Shown: positions 1-14,057, counted from the first letter of the stretch. The stretch is 64,000 nucleotides of DNA from Eledone cirrhosa (GCA_964016885.1 OZ024743.1:64542001-64606000), one strand, 5' to 3'. The notes: generated from the letters alone by a model not told the origin. Numbers and translations are program-made.

Positions 1-1259
1 ACCATTGAGGTGTTCTCTGAAGGCCTCAGACCTTTTCAAATGTTTATATGTAAGGTATGATATAATATACATGTGAACCATTGAGGTGTGCTATGGGAGA
101 CTTATAATGTTTTCAAATATGTATATTTAAGACATCCTACAATCCGTAGCCCAGAATTTTCAAACGGTTGAGACACCCTATGTAATGTAGACATAGATAT
201 GTTATGTACCTTAAAGAAGGACAGGGTGGTCATGGGTGGAATACTTTTGATCATAGATTTACTCAATCAAGACCAATATGGGACTAAACAACATACACAC
301 ATAAACACACACACAAACATACACAAACTCCCACTCCCACATAAACACACTCTTACACACACTCTAACACACACACACACTCTCACACGCATTCACACAT
401 ACACTCTCATACACACACTCTCACACACACACACGTACACACTCAAACACATACACACCTAAACACATACATACATACCCACATACACATATACATATAC
501 ACACAAATATATACATACACACAAAAATACACACATACATACACACACATACGTACAAACACGCTAACGCTAGATCTTTCTCGAAACCAAAAGAAATGTC
601 AGATTTTTTCCAAGATGAAATCAATTCCATATCAATGAATAAATAAATATTTTATCAATTAATTCATTTATTTATTTATTCATTTATTTATTTATTTTAA
701 TTATTTTAGTTCCCTATATTTACCACATGTTTGTAAGCACACAGTAACACATTTATATTACTACATACAGGGGCAGTGGAATTGGGGAGACCAGGAGACC
801 ATATATTTTATCCCTAAACTACCAAAACACACGTCTATTTGTATATGCGCTACAATTTACGTACATGTTGTGTTTATCGCATTTCGAACTGTTTTATGTC
901 TTGGTTGATATTTGATAATAACAGCTAAACTAATCACTACAACTAAAGAAAAGGAGTCGATTGACTTTCGTCAAATCGGACCGAGGAAACAATGTTTCCG
1001 TTGGTCTTTCCAGTTGCTAGTACTATCTATCGGCCGCAACTCAAGGTAGAAGGAGCAATGTGAAATAAAGTATCTTGCTCAAGGACATAACGCATCGCCT
1101 GGTCTAGGAATCAAACTGACAACCTCTCGATTGCGAATCCAGTTCTCTAACCAGTCAGCGGCATGTCTTCACACTACAACTAAATTGACCAAATCCCCCC
1201 CCTCCCCCTCCCCATCCAATTTAGAAATGCTTCGTCCGCCCCTAACATGGATGTAAGCA

Positions 1260-1517
1260 CACAGCGACGCATCTATATTCCCACAGCGGCCCATGTACCG
1301 TAGAATCCAGCGCAGCACACCGAAGAAGACAAGGGTGAAACAAATCGAGGAGGACCTAAATTCATAGTGCATCGACCTCGACCATGCGGAGGTCAGTGCC
1401 AGGGATTGGGAGAAGAAGAAGAAGAAGAAGAAGAAGAAGAAGAAGAAGAAGAAGAAGAAGAAGAAGAAGAAGAAGAAGAAGAAGAAGAAGAAGAAGAAGA
1501 AGAAGAAGAAGAAGAAG
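1260..1517 (+). mobile_element. Probable RTE LINE extreme 3' end with (GAA)n tail
   Basis: PKKTRVKQIEEDL..ARDW-like coding remnant directly before (GAA)n. Confidence 0.5.
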
Positions 1518-2085
1518 ACATCTATATGTTACCACATGTATGTAAGCATACAGCACATATCTGTACGTTACTACATGTATGTAAGAATAAGGTAACACAT
1601 TTATGTTAACACATGTATGTAAAGATACAGTAGTACATTTATATCTATCTGTCTATATATATAAGTGTATGTGTATCCTTATATATATATATATATAGCG
1701 AAGGAAGTGTGGTAAGGAACCAGGTTGACCATAACGCACCAGAGTACTCGATACTTAGAGTAGTAGAGTGGGTAATAGGAAAAGAGTCAGATCTAGCTGT
1801 CGAAACAGCCGGAGCTCAGCCGTCGGGGTCCTGACTCTTTTCCTATATATATATATATATATATATATGGTACATCTATATGTAGCTGTCTATATATGTA
1901 TGTAATGTATCCTATATATATGTATATGGTACATCTATATGTACCCGTCTATATATGTCTATATATGTGCGTATGTGTATCCTATATATATGTATATGGT
2001 ACATCTATATGTACCCGTCTATATATGTCTATATATGTGCGTATGTGTATCCTATGTATGTATATGGTAAATCTATATGTATCTG

Positions 2086-2149
<64 letters not shown>

Positions 2150-2762
2150 AGTATGTATGTATGCATGTCTACATTAACAGAAGAGAAGGCCGCTATATAT
2201 TTGCAAGATCAATGGATAGTGATAGGAAATAAATACAGATTACCTAGGGATATATCAAACACGCTTAGTTTAGCTTTAAACCGACAACGTTCTCATAATC
2301 CAGACATTTGTTCCTTTACCATATACAGCAGCAGCAGCAGCAGCAGCAGCACCATCACCATCACTATCATCATCATCACCACCATCACCATCACCATCAC
2401 CATCACCACCACCATCATGACCACCATCATGACCACCATCACCATCACCACCACCGTCACCACCACCACCATCACCACCACCATCACCACCATCACCACC
2501 ACCACCGTCACCACCACCGTCACCACCACCACCACCACCATCACCACCACCACCACCATCACCACCATCACCATCACCATCACCACCACCACCACCGTCA
2601 CCACCACCGTCACCACCACCACCACCATCACCACCACCATCACCACCATCACCACCACCACCATCACCCACCATCAGCACCACCATCAGCACCACCACCA
2701 CCATCACCACCACCATCACCACCATCACCACCATCACCACCACCATCATCATCATCAACACT

Positions 2763-2793
<31 letters not shown>

Positions 2794-3008
2794 CCATTAG
2801 TATTACTATTATAACCGCAGCCATCCTGATTCCTCCAATTGTATAGGGAAGGACTGTCAAGTTACAATCTTCATGGCTATTGATTCTACAAAGCAGACAC
2901 AAGTTATCTTGAACCAAAGACAAAAGACTCGACTTCTGTTTATTAAAATATCTATCAGCCTTTTCTTTGTTTTATTTCGTTGCTGTTCCTTCATTTGTTA
3001 TTGTTGCA

Positions 3009-4415
3009 GTGGATTGGCAGTATCGGTGGAGGGTCGGACGCCATGCTTTCCATCATGGACTTACGTCCCTTTGCGGACTGAGTTCAAATCGCGCCGAGGC
3101 GTAACTTTGCCTTTCATCCTTACGGGGTCGATAAAGTAAAGTACCAGTAATGCACTGGGTAATTACTGGCCTTGTGCCAAAAGTAGAAACAATTATTGTT
3201 GTTATTAATATTATTATGGTGGATTGGCAGAATTGATAGAGCGTCGGACGCCATGCTTTGCAGCATAGAGTTACGGCCCTTTACAACCTGACTTCAAATG
3301 CTGCCGAGGTTAACTTTGCCTTTCATCCTTACGGGGTCGATAAAATAAAGTACCAGTCACGCACTGGGGTCGATTTAATCGACTTTCCCCTCATCCCAAA
3401 AATTGCTGGCCTTGTGCCTATATAAGAAACTATTATTATGGTGGATTGGCAGTATTGGTAGAGCGTCAGACAACATGCTCTGTGGCATAGAGTTACGGCG
3501 CTTTACGCTCTGAGTTCAAATTCTGCCGAGATTAGCTTTGCCTTTCATCCTTAGGGGGGCGATAAAACAAAGTACCAGAAACGTACTGGGGTCGATTTAA
3601 TCGACTTTCCTCTTTCTTTCAAATTGCTGTCCTTGTGCCGAGACAATTATTAAAATGTTTTTCAGCATTTATTCCGGATCTTTATGTCGTGTGTTCAAAT
3701 CCCCCTGAAGCCAGCTTTACCACTCATCCACCCGAAGGTGAATTGAATAAAGTACCAGTCATGCACTGAGGTCGATGTAATCGACTTTCGCCTCCCCACA
3801 AATTATTGGCCTTTTGCCTAAATTAGAAATATGAGGGCAGTGGAATGGCAGAATCAGTAGAGCGTCAAAAACAATGTCTCGTGTTTCTGACCTTTACGTT
3901 CTGAGTTCAAATCTCGGCGAGGTCAATCTTGCCTTCCATCTTTCGGTGAAATAAAATACCAATAAAATACTGGAATCGATGTAATCGAGGCTCCCTTGTC
4001 CCCACAATACTGGCTTTGTGTCTAAATTAAAACTCCTTGATATAAGTTCAAATTTCGGTGAGGTCAACTCGTCTTTTCATCCTCTTCGGATCAATCAAAT
4101 TTAGTACCAGTCACGTACTGAGGTCGATATAATTGACTTTCCTCTTCCGCCAAGCTTGAACTTGGTTTAATAAAACAAAACATTTAAGTTTGTGTCAATG
4201 ATTTCTACTTTAAGCAGAAGGACAGTCATTTTAGGAAAAGGGAAAAAGTCGATAACATCGACCTCAGTACATGACTGGTACTTTATTTTATCTCCCACAC
4301 CCCCAAGAAAGGATAAAAAGGAAAGTTATCCTCGGCGGGATTTGAACTGGGAATGGAGAAATTGGTAACTAAATAGAGAAAAGTATTTTGATCGACGCTC
4401 TACTGATTATGCCGA
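3009..4415 (+). mobile_element. Cluster of about 6 head-to-tail OK-type tRNA SINEs plus one inverted copy (4200-4415)
   Basis: Repeated A-box TGGCAG, B-box GAGTTCAAATC and body GCCGAGGTTAACTTTGCCTTTCATCC..GTCGATAAA..AGTACCAG..GCTGGCCTTGTGCC. Confidence 0.85.
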
Positions 4416-4530
4416 TCTACTGTCCTGGTTTGTTTCAATGATAACAGATGGTGAAACAGAGAAAAAGTGAACATAAAGAGACGGGTGTGGCGACGGGGAG
4501 GATAGATAGAAAGAGGAAGAAAGAGTGTGC

Positions 4531-4592
<62 letters not shown>

Positions 4593-4639
4593 ACGTGCGT
4601 GCGTGCGTGTCTCTGTGTGCATGATGGTAAATGTGTCTA

Positions 4640-5510
4640 TATGTGTCTCCATGTATATGTGTGTCTTCATGTATATATATATATATATATGTCTCCGTGT
4701 GTATATATATGTGTCTCCATATATATGTATGTAGCTGTGTATATATGTGTCTCCGTGTATGTATATGTATATAGCTGTGTACATGTGTGTCTCCATGTAT
4801 ATGTATGTATCCATGTATATGTATGTAGCTGTGTATATGTATGTATCCATGTATATGTATGTAGCTGTGTATATGTATGTATCCATGTATATGTATGTAG
4901 CTGTGTATATGTATGTATCCATGTATATATATGTAGCTGTGTATATGTATGTATCCATGTATATGTATGTAGCTGTGTATATGTATGTATCCATGTATAT
5001 GTATGTAGCTGTGTATATGTATGTCTCCGTGTATATGTGTGTCTCCATGTATATGTGTGTCTCTGTGTGTATATATGTATGTCTCCATGTATATGTGTGT
5101 CTCCATGTATGTGTATGTCTCCGTGTATATGTATGTCTCCATGTATATATGTATGTAGCTGTGTATATGTATGTCTCCATGTATGTGTATGTCTCCATGT
5201 ATATGTATGTCTCCATGTATATGTATGTAGCTGTGTATATGTATGTCTCTGTGTATATGTATGTCTCCGTGTGTATATATGTATGTCTCCATGTATATGT
5301 ATGTAGCGGTGTATATGTATGTCTCCATGTATATGTATATCTCCATATCTCCGTGTGTATATATGTGTGTCTCCATGTATATGTATGTAGCGGTGTATAT
5401 GTGTGTCTCCATGTATATGTATATCTCCGTGTGTATATATGTGTGTCTCCATGTATATATGTATGTCTCCGTGTGTATATATGTGTGTCTCCATATATAT
5501 GTATGTGTAG
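4640..5510. repeat. Microsatellite-derived minisatellite (18/36 bp)
   Basis: CCATGTATATGTATGTAGCTGTGTATATGTATGTAT units. Confidence 0.9.
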
Positions 5511-7353
5511 CTGAGTGTTTGTATTTCCCTGTCCATCCCATTATTCAGTCATTATACATTTGCATTCATAGCTAAAATACCAGGTTTAAAACAACAACAA
5601 CAACACCAACAACAACACCAACACCACCACCACCAACAATAACAACACCAACAACAACACCACCACCACCAATAAAGACAAGCAACAACAACACCACCAC
5701 CACCACCAACAAAGACAAGCAACAACAACACCACCACCACCACCAACAAAGACAAGCAACAACAACAACACCACCACCACCAACAAAGACAAGCAACAAC
5801 AACAACAACACCACCACCAACAAAGAAAAGCAACAACAACACCAACAACAACACTACTATCATGTGAAATATTCATATGAGGACTACATGTGGAGAGTAG
5901 CAAGTTGAATATGAAGTGACGTAAAGATGAGTTAACGAATCATAAATATAAAAGAACCAGGAGAGACACGTGGAGAATGTTAGGAGGCGGGGACATTGAT
6001 TGTTGAGTTGAATTTATTAAGCCATGAATATATATATAATATAAATATAATATAAATATATAATATAAATGTAATATAAATATAATATAAATATATTATA
6101 AAAATAATATAATTGTTTCTACTTTTTGGCACAAGGCCAGCAATTATCCAGTGTATTACTGGTACTTTATTTTATCGACCCCGTAAGGATGAAAGGCAAA
6201 GTTAACCTCGGCGGGATTATAAAAATAATATAATATAAATATAATATATATATAATATAAATATAATATAAATATAATATAAATATATTATAAATATATT
6301 ATAATTATATTATAAATATATATAGATATTAATATAATATAAATAAAAAATATAATATAAATATAAATATATTATAAATATAAATATAATATAAATATAA
6401 ATATAATATAAACATAAATATAATATAAATATAAAAATAATAGAAATATAATATAAATATATTATAAATATATTATAAATATAATATAATATAAATATAA
6501 CATAAATATAATATAGAAATAATATATAAATATAATATAAATTCAATATAAATATATAATATAGATAAAAATATAAATAAAATAAAAATATAATATAAAT
6601 AAAAATATAAATAAAAGAAAAATATAATATAGATAAAAATGTAAATAAAATAAAAATATAATATAGATAAAAATAGAAATATGGATAAAATATAATACAA
6701 AACAATATAGAAATAAAAATATAATATAAAACAATATAATAGAAATAAAATTTAAATAAATATATTAGCTAGCAGAAAAAAGAAATTTGGTGGATTTAAG
6801 TGGGGGGGGGGGTTGTTTCCTTTTCAAAGAGTCTAAAAATGTCCCCCCATACAATGGCATCGTTGGTCCTTCTACGATAAAAGGAGTCGTGGAAAGAACG
6901 TTAGGCTTTTGTACTGTTTCCCTTGTTGCTCGTATTTACATACACATACACACATACTCACATACTCACACGTATATATGTGTGTGTGTATATATATATA
7001 TATATTTATATGTGTGTATATGTATATATACATACATAACCAAACATGCATATTTATATGGGTGTATATGTATATATATATACATAACCAAACATGCATA
7101 TATATATATACATATATATATAAGCAAAAGGGATATTCAATTTGTTGGTAATTCAACAAATATAAATGTTTATAACTGATTCAGAGCACTCGACAAGTTT
7201 TCTGGAGTAATATTCAATGATATTAAATAAATGGAAACTATATTTATAAAACCATATTTATTCAAGGTTACCAAAACTTTGGTACGCTTTCATCAGATAA
7301 AATACAACGTTTGTTTTATAAATGTTGACATAACCAAGAAAAAGATACCTTAA

Positions 7354-7467
<114 letters not shown>

Positions 7468-7589
7468 TATGTGTGTGTAATGGTATCTATTTCCAATAAA
7501 ATAATCAAACTATTGGAAGAGTAGAGCCGACAAATATTGATCTGTGGAGGTTCGGAACTATTTATCATTTTACAGTTCTTAATATTTCT

Positions 7590-8000
7590 TGGTCAAGGCG
7601 TGCATTGTAAGTGATAATTTCACTTAAATAAGATACGAGGGCTTATCTCTGTTAATACGCTAACTTTTATATGAAATAGAAGATCGATATTGTAAAGTTG
7701 AACCTAATTTTAAACGGAGGTACAAACAACTCGTCGATCTCATCTTTCAAGATTGACCCCAAAAGTATTTGGTTGGCTTCAGCCAACCACATGTGGGCCT
7801 TAAAAGAGGAGAAACTAAAATATAATATCAAATGAAAGTTGATTGAGAAAACTAAAGCTAATAGCAAGGGATTCAGGAGATCCAGGCTTTGCTCCACTAA
7901 AGATACCATAATCACCCCAAGGACTGAAACCCTCCTAGGATTATTTCAACTCCAAGAACGAAATATTTACTTGGCTTCATTTCACGAAATACAATGCTGA
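7590..8000 (+). mobile_element. Penelope-like element GIY-YIG endonuclease C-terminal relic
   Basis: Broken frame FKRRY..SSF..NHMWALKEEKLKYNIK*KLIEKTKANSKGFRRSRLC..NSKNEIF resembles the PLE motif HIW.LK....Y.I.W.I...A..Y......C.LC..EK..LN.R.E. Confidence 0.65.
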
Positions 8001-8438
8001 ACAACCCATTTTCCGGAATATACGCTTCCCCAGAGCACAGTCCTACTACGATTGACACCTTGTTATATACCTCTTTAACTTTATATTCAAAATTCTAAAA
8101 TATCTTCACTATACACTCACATAAACACCTCTTCCGTGCTCTGAATTAGATTCCCCAACTATTATTTTGAAGGAATTTTATCCCGAAATATTAAGGACAA
8201 TTAAACACCGCCAAGGTAACACCTAACAACTTAATTATTGTTATTTTTAACATTAAATGTCCTATTTGCATTGCATTAGCACTCCACTTTACCCAATAAT
8301 TCAACATCTTACTTCCTCTATTCCTCAAAGCAAAACAACTCACCAACATAGAATAAAAAGATTGTTGAGCTACATTGATTATTTCTGTCTTGTAGAGATC
8401 TCCCAGTGTTGAGATCTAACGTACGTAAACATGCAGCC

Positions 8439-8793
8439 AGGCTGCGAATTGGCAGAGTCGTTAAAACATCGGTTAAAATGATTTGCAGTACTCATTTCGA
8501 CTCTCTGCTCTCTGAGTTCAAATCCCACCGAGGTCAACTTTGCCTTTCATCAATTCAAGGTCGATAAAAATAGTACCAGTGAAGAAGTGGGATCGATTCT
8601 TACTTTCTCTCTCTCTCTCTCTCTCTCTCTCACACTCTCTCTCTTTCTCTCTCTCTCTCTCTCTTTCTTCTTCTTCTTCTCTGGAAGAATTTGCGCCGGG
8701 AGAGAATTGGGTTCCACCAGGTTTCAAAATACCATAGAAACGCTTTATGTCAATACGGCACCCTTACGACTTCTCCAGGAGTTAAGAGACCAC
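8439..8793 (+). mobile_element. Composite SINE: OK-type head + (CT)n + ~130 bp 3' domain
   Basis: Same three-part layout at 17135-17430(-), 18605-18975(-), 22440-22710(+), 29435-29755(-), 45455-45785(-) and 45785-46140(+). Confidence 0.7.
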
Positions 8794-8979
8794 GCCAGGA
8801 AAACGAGCAAACAAATTTAAAGTATGTCAGGTCACCGTAATCTTCTTTTTGGTAATGGTGGAATTTTAACAACAATTAGGGTAGGATCAACACGAGAAAC
8901 GAGTGTTATAAAGTAATTGCAATAGATCTTTTAACGGATGTAGAAGTTCTTTATGTCTTCTTTGAATAAAATACCGGAC

Positions 8980-9083
<104 letters not shown>

Positions 9084-9392
9084 TGATAGACACACGTACA
9101 CACACGGACGTATGCACGCATAAATTATTTATATATATTATTTATGGGTATGTATATAGATACATATATATAGATAGGGATATGAATACATGTATATTAG
9201 TATACATTGCAAATGTTAATATATATATACATATATCTACGTATACATATATGCATATATATATGTATATATTCATATATTTATATACATTTATATACAT
9301 ATATATATATATATATATATGCATATATATACATATATATATATATATATAAATGAAATATATATATATATAAAAATATACATATGCATATC

Positions 9393-9469
<77 letters not shown>

Positions 9470-9827
9470 TGGCTGCCAACTCGTTTTCGAGTACGGCCAC
9501 TACTTTATATCCATGTAGGAGAACCCCTACCGATGCGCTGAAAGAGTGTGACTTTTTAGTCTAGCCAGCAACTTGAAAACTCTGGTACAAACACTACACT
9601 TGTGACAATTACTGACACATAGTGCTGGGCCCATGTATATATATATGTATATATACATACATATATTCATACATTCATACATGCATACAAACATACATAT
9701 TAAAAATGTGCAAGTTCTTTCATAAAAAGATTGTGAAACCAAATATATATTTTAGGTATTTTGTATATGAGTGAATATATATAAATAATATATATATATT
9801 GTATATATCTATATATATATATATATC

Positions 9828-9986
<159 letters not shown>

Positions 9987-10173
9987 GTGTGTGTGTGTGT
10001 GTGTACGAGCCAGTTTTGAAGTCTATGTGACAGGAACTTCATTTACAAATGTTAAATAAAACCCCTAAGTGTTTATAAAGTTTATCCGATTTTATATACT
10101 TCCCATTGAAATCGTTACAGTAGAGATTACGTGCAAGGGCACATACACACAAACACACATAAAGATAAACACA

Positions 10174-10231
<58 letters not shown>

Positions 10232-10265
10232 TACATAAATATATATATACAAATATATATAAATA

Positions 10266-10310
<45 letters not shown>

Positions 10311-10625
10311 ATGAGTGTGTGTGTGCATGAGTGTGTCTGTATACACGGAGAGAAAGAGGGGGATTATGTATTGAAATATTTTTATATACATATATACATG
10401 CCTATATATATATATATATAAATATATGCAAAAGTTCTATTTAAATTGTTGGGATACAACAAGCAAATATTTTTATAACTGATATAAAGCACTCGACAAG
10501 TTTTTGGAGTATATATACGATATTAACAAATGGAAACTATATTTATAAAACCATATTTATTTTAAAGTAACGGTTGCATTTTGAAAGGGTACGTCAATGT
10601 TTATTTATAAAACTGGTATATATTG

Positions 10626-10690
10626 TATTTTGTCTGATGAAGGCATACCATAATTTAACATGGTATCCTTGAAATATGTATAATAAAATA
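10626..10690 (+). ncRNA. Type I hammerhead ribozyme
   Basis: TATTTTGT-CTGATGA-[AGGCATACCA/TGGTATCCTT]-GAAA-TATGTA-TA^-ATAAAATA. Confidence 0.7.
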
Positions 10691-10729
10691 AATATGGTTT
10701 TATAAATGTAGTTTCCATTTGTTAATATC

Positions 10730-10823
<94 letters not shown>

Positions 10824-10895
10824 CTACACATATATATATATATATATATACATATCTAATATTTTTATATACAAATGTATATACATATATACATG

Positions 10896-10943
<48 letters not shown>

Positions 10944-10953
10944 AACCAGTAAG

Positions 10954-11047
10954 ACCCCGACGGCTGAGCTCAAGCCGTTTCGACAGCTAATTCTGGACTA
11001 AATGAAAATTTATCCTGGTATTTAAATAGCCGAGCTTCTCAAGGGGT
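10954..11047 (-). ncRNA. Type I hammerhead, U3-A8 core variant
   Basis: ACCCC-TTGAGAA-[G..CGGCTA/TAGCTG..C]-GAAA-CGGC-TTGAGCTCA-GCCG-TC^-GGGGT. Confidence 0.6.
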
Positions 11048-11496
11048 AATTCCATATATGGTCAAAGTGATTGTCACAAGGATTGGTCACAAGTTAGTAG
11101 TAATTCTGTGATGGCAAATTAGTATATATATATATATACAGGCACAGTACTAGTAAAAACAAACAACTAGGGATGAAGTAGAAGTTAGATGGAAAAAAAT
11201 TTAATTAGAGTCCGTTCTTTAACACATGTTTCCGTAGAACAACAGTCTACGGGCGCTGATTGCATATTGTTATTATTATGCTCAATAACTAGCTTACATA
11301 AAATAATGTAGTTCTTCAGAACAAGTTCATAGTTCGGGGTGAACTGCAAGATGCAGCGACCTCACCTCGAACTATGAACTCTTTCTGAAGATTCCGTATA
11401 GGGTAAAAGCAGAAATCCTTTGCTTAAACTTTAATCTGTACTAATAATAAATATACCATATAATATATATATACACACTATATATGTACGCACACA

Positions 11497-11543
<47 letters not shown>

Positions 11544-11765
11544 AGCATATATACATGGATTCATAAATACATACACACACACATATTGGACATATTACGA
11601 TATGTCCAATAAATTGCATTCGTCGCAACACTGATTCTCCTTTTTTCTGTGATATCATACTCTCCTCTATGAGAGCATCAAGTGCTCAAACGGCCTACCG
11701 CATATGGACGCTTTAAGCATCCAACACCAATTATATATAAATATACACTATATATATATATACAC

Positions 11766-11862
<97 letters not shown>

Positions 11863-12029
11863 GTTACAACAGTGACATATACAGGTACTTCAGGTTCGTT
11901 GGGTTATGCACCCCGTTTCATGAGTTGGGGTTCATAACCCAACGAAACTTAAGTACCTGTAAATGTCACTGTTGTAACTAATTTTACTTAACTCGTCCTA
12001 GGAATTGAGTGCTCTTGGATATTACCCTT

Positions 12030-12076
<47 letters not shown>

Positions 12077-12320
12077 AACAAGTAGGACTCCGACGGCTGA
12101 GCTCGTTCCTATTACCCACTCTACTACCCTAAGTATTGAGTACTTTGGTGCGTTATGGTCCATCTGGTTCCTTAGCACATTTCCTTCGTTATATATATAT
12201 ATATATATATATGCGCCCGGCCGATTAACTCACTCGATATGCAAATTAGGCTGCTCAGCCGTTAATATGCATAAGGAAAGTATATACTTTCAGACGTTCA
12301 ATCATCTGGCAGGGAGGTAT

Positions 12321-12363
12321 ACGTTGCTGATGATAGCTAATAAGCTTGAAACTAGTACAGCGT
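12321..12363 (+). ncRNA. Minimal type I hammerhead ribozyme
   Basis: ACGTTG-CTGATGA-T AGCT AATA AGCT T-GAAA-CTAG-TA^-CAGCGT; palindromic stem III ACTAGT. Confidence 0.85.
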
Positions 12364-12626
12364 TCCTTTGTCAGTGTTGAACAAATGAGCAGCGATGGTT
12401 GCTAGCCACTGTACGGCTTAATTCGGGATGTTTGTTTACAAACACACCGAGCATTATAATAAATGTTCGGTGAATCCATACGTACATATATATGTGTGCA
12501 TGTATGTATATATATAGATACATACTACTGTACGTCTGTATACATATATGTATGTACGTGTACATACTTATATTTAAGTAACAGCCGTACTAAGAGTGAG
12601 AAATGAAATTTCGTTTCATTTTTTCC

Positions 12627-12691
<65 letters not shown>

Positions 12692-12846
12692 TTGGTGTTC
12701 TGAAATAGCGATATATATATGAATGTATATATAGTGTATTTGGTAATACACTGTATGCTTAATTAAAAGCATTTTGAAGACCTTACGCTATCGTTTTAAA
12801 GTAGTGACTATCTCACTTACTTCTTTTTTCAACAAACAAAGGGAGA

Positions 12847-12894
12847 TAAGCTGACAGATCTCTGTTTCATACTGTTGGTATTCCTCAGAGCTTA
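12847..12894 (-). ncRNA. Minimal type I hammerhead ribozyme
   Basis: TAAGCT-CTGAGGA-ATAC CAACA GTAT-GAAA-CAG AGAT CTG-TC^-AGCTTA; all three stems perfect, GUC site. Confidence 0.9.
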
Positions 12895-13306
12895 GCACTC
12901 CCCTTGTCTGTTGAAATTATGAATGTTGGATTCTTATAGAATTCCAGTAATAATCAGGAACTGATTATACAGAGCGGTTGCCGGCCCAACAAAAATTGAA
13001 AATTAGAAATGGTGCTCTGAAATGGCGATGTATACATGAATATATATATAGTGTATTTGGTAATACACTGTATGCTTAATTAAAAGCATTTTGAAGACCT
13101 TACGCTATTGTTTTAAAGTAGTGACTATGTGTGCTTACACACTTTTACAAATTTTTCCCTGTGATTGTTTCATATGTTTATTTTAGATATATATATATGT
13201 CAATCAATTTCTAGTTGATGTAAAATGCTCGGATCTATTCATTGGAATCTTGGAGCATATTCTACAGTGGATATGGCGCATGTCTCTCTGACATGACACC
13301 CTTAAT

Positions 13307-13358
<52 letters not shown>

Positions 13359-13685
13359 TAAGAAAGAGAGATAAAAGTATTAGCACTATCCAAGTATTTC
13401 TACTTTGTTTTTGCTTTTGGGTTTTATCATTGTAGCTATTGTTGTTGTAGTTGTAGTAGTGGTTGTTGTTGTAGATGCTATGGTTGTTGTTCTTTTTGTT
13501 GTAGATGTTGTTGTTGTTGTTGTTGTTGTTGTAACTGTTGTTGTTGTTTTGATAAATTGGTAATGTTAGCAGAGATGTGATAAATTGATGCTTTCTTAGA
13601 AATGTTTAGTGTGATATACATACAGAGGACATGTATCTATACCTACATATACTGAGGACTAGACTAAATACACAAACACACACAC

Positions 13686-13733
<48 letters not shown>

Positions 13734-13982
13734 GGTAGCAAACCTACATATACAAAGAACTGGATTAAGTACACACACACAAATACACACAATGATACAT
13801 ACGAAGGCGCGCACACACTAATACACACGCACACACACACACATATATATATATATACATATAGATATTATTTATATTTAGATGGCTGCAAACATACACA
13901 CAAACATATCAAGTGCACATGGCCCTTTCTAAGTTGGTGATGGTATGATTGGTGATAATTTGAGGTCTGCACTCACTCACTG

Positions 13983-14057
<75 letters not shown>

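Noticed and set aside
8160-8200. Possible HHR in the Penelope relic 3' flank
   Set aside because: The core is too degenerate and no stem I was found.
9468-9635. CTGAAAGA/CTGAACGA...GAAA in a repeat family also at 57807-57975
   Set aside because: The core has an extra base and no convincing stem I or III could be formed.
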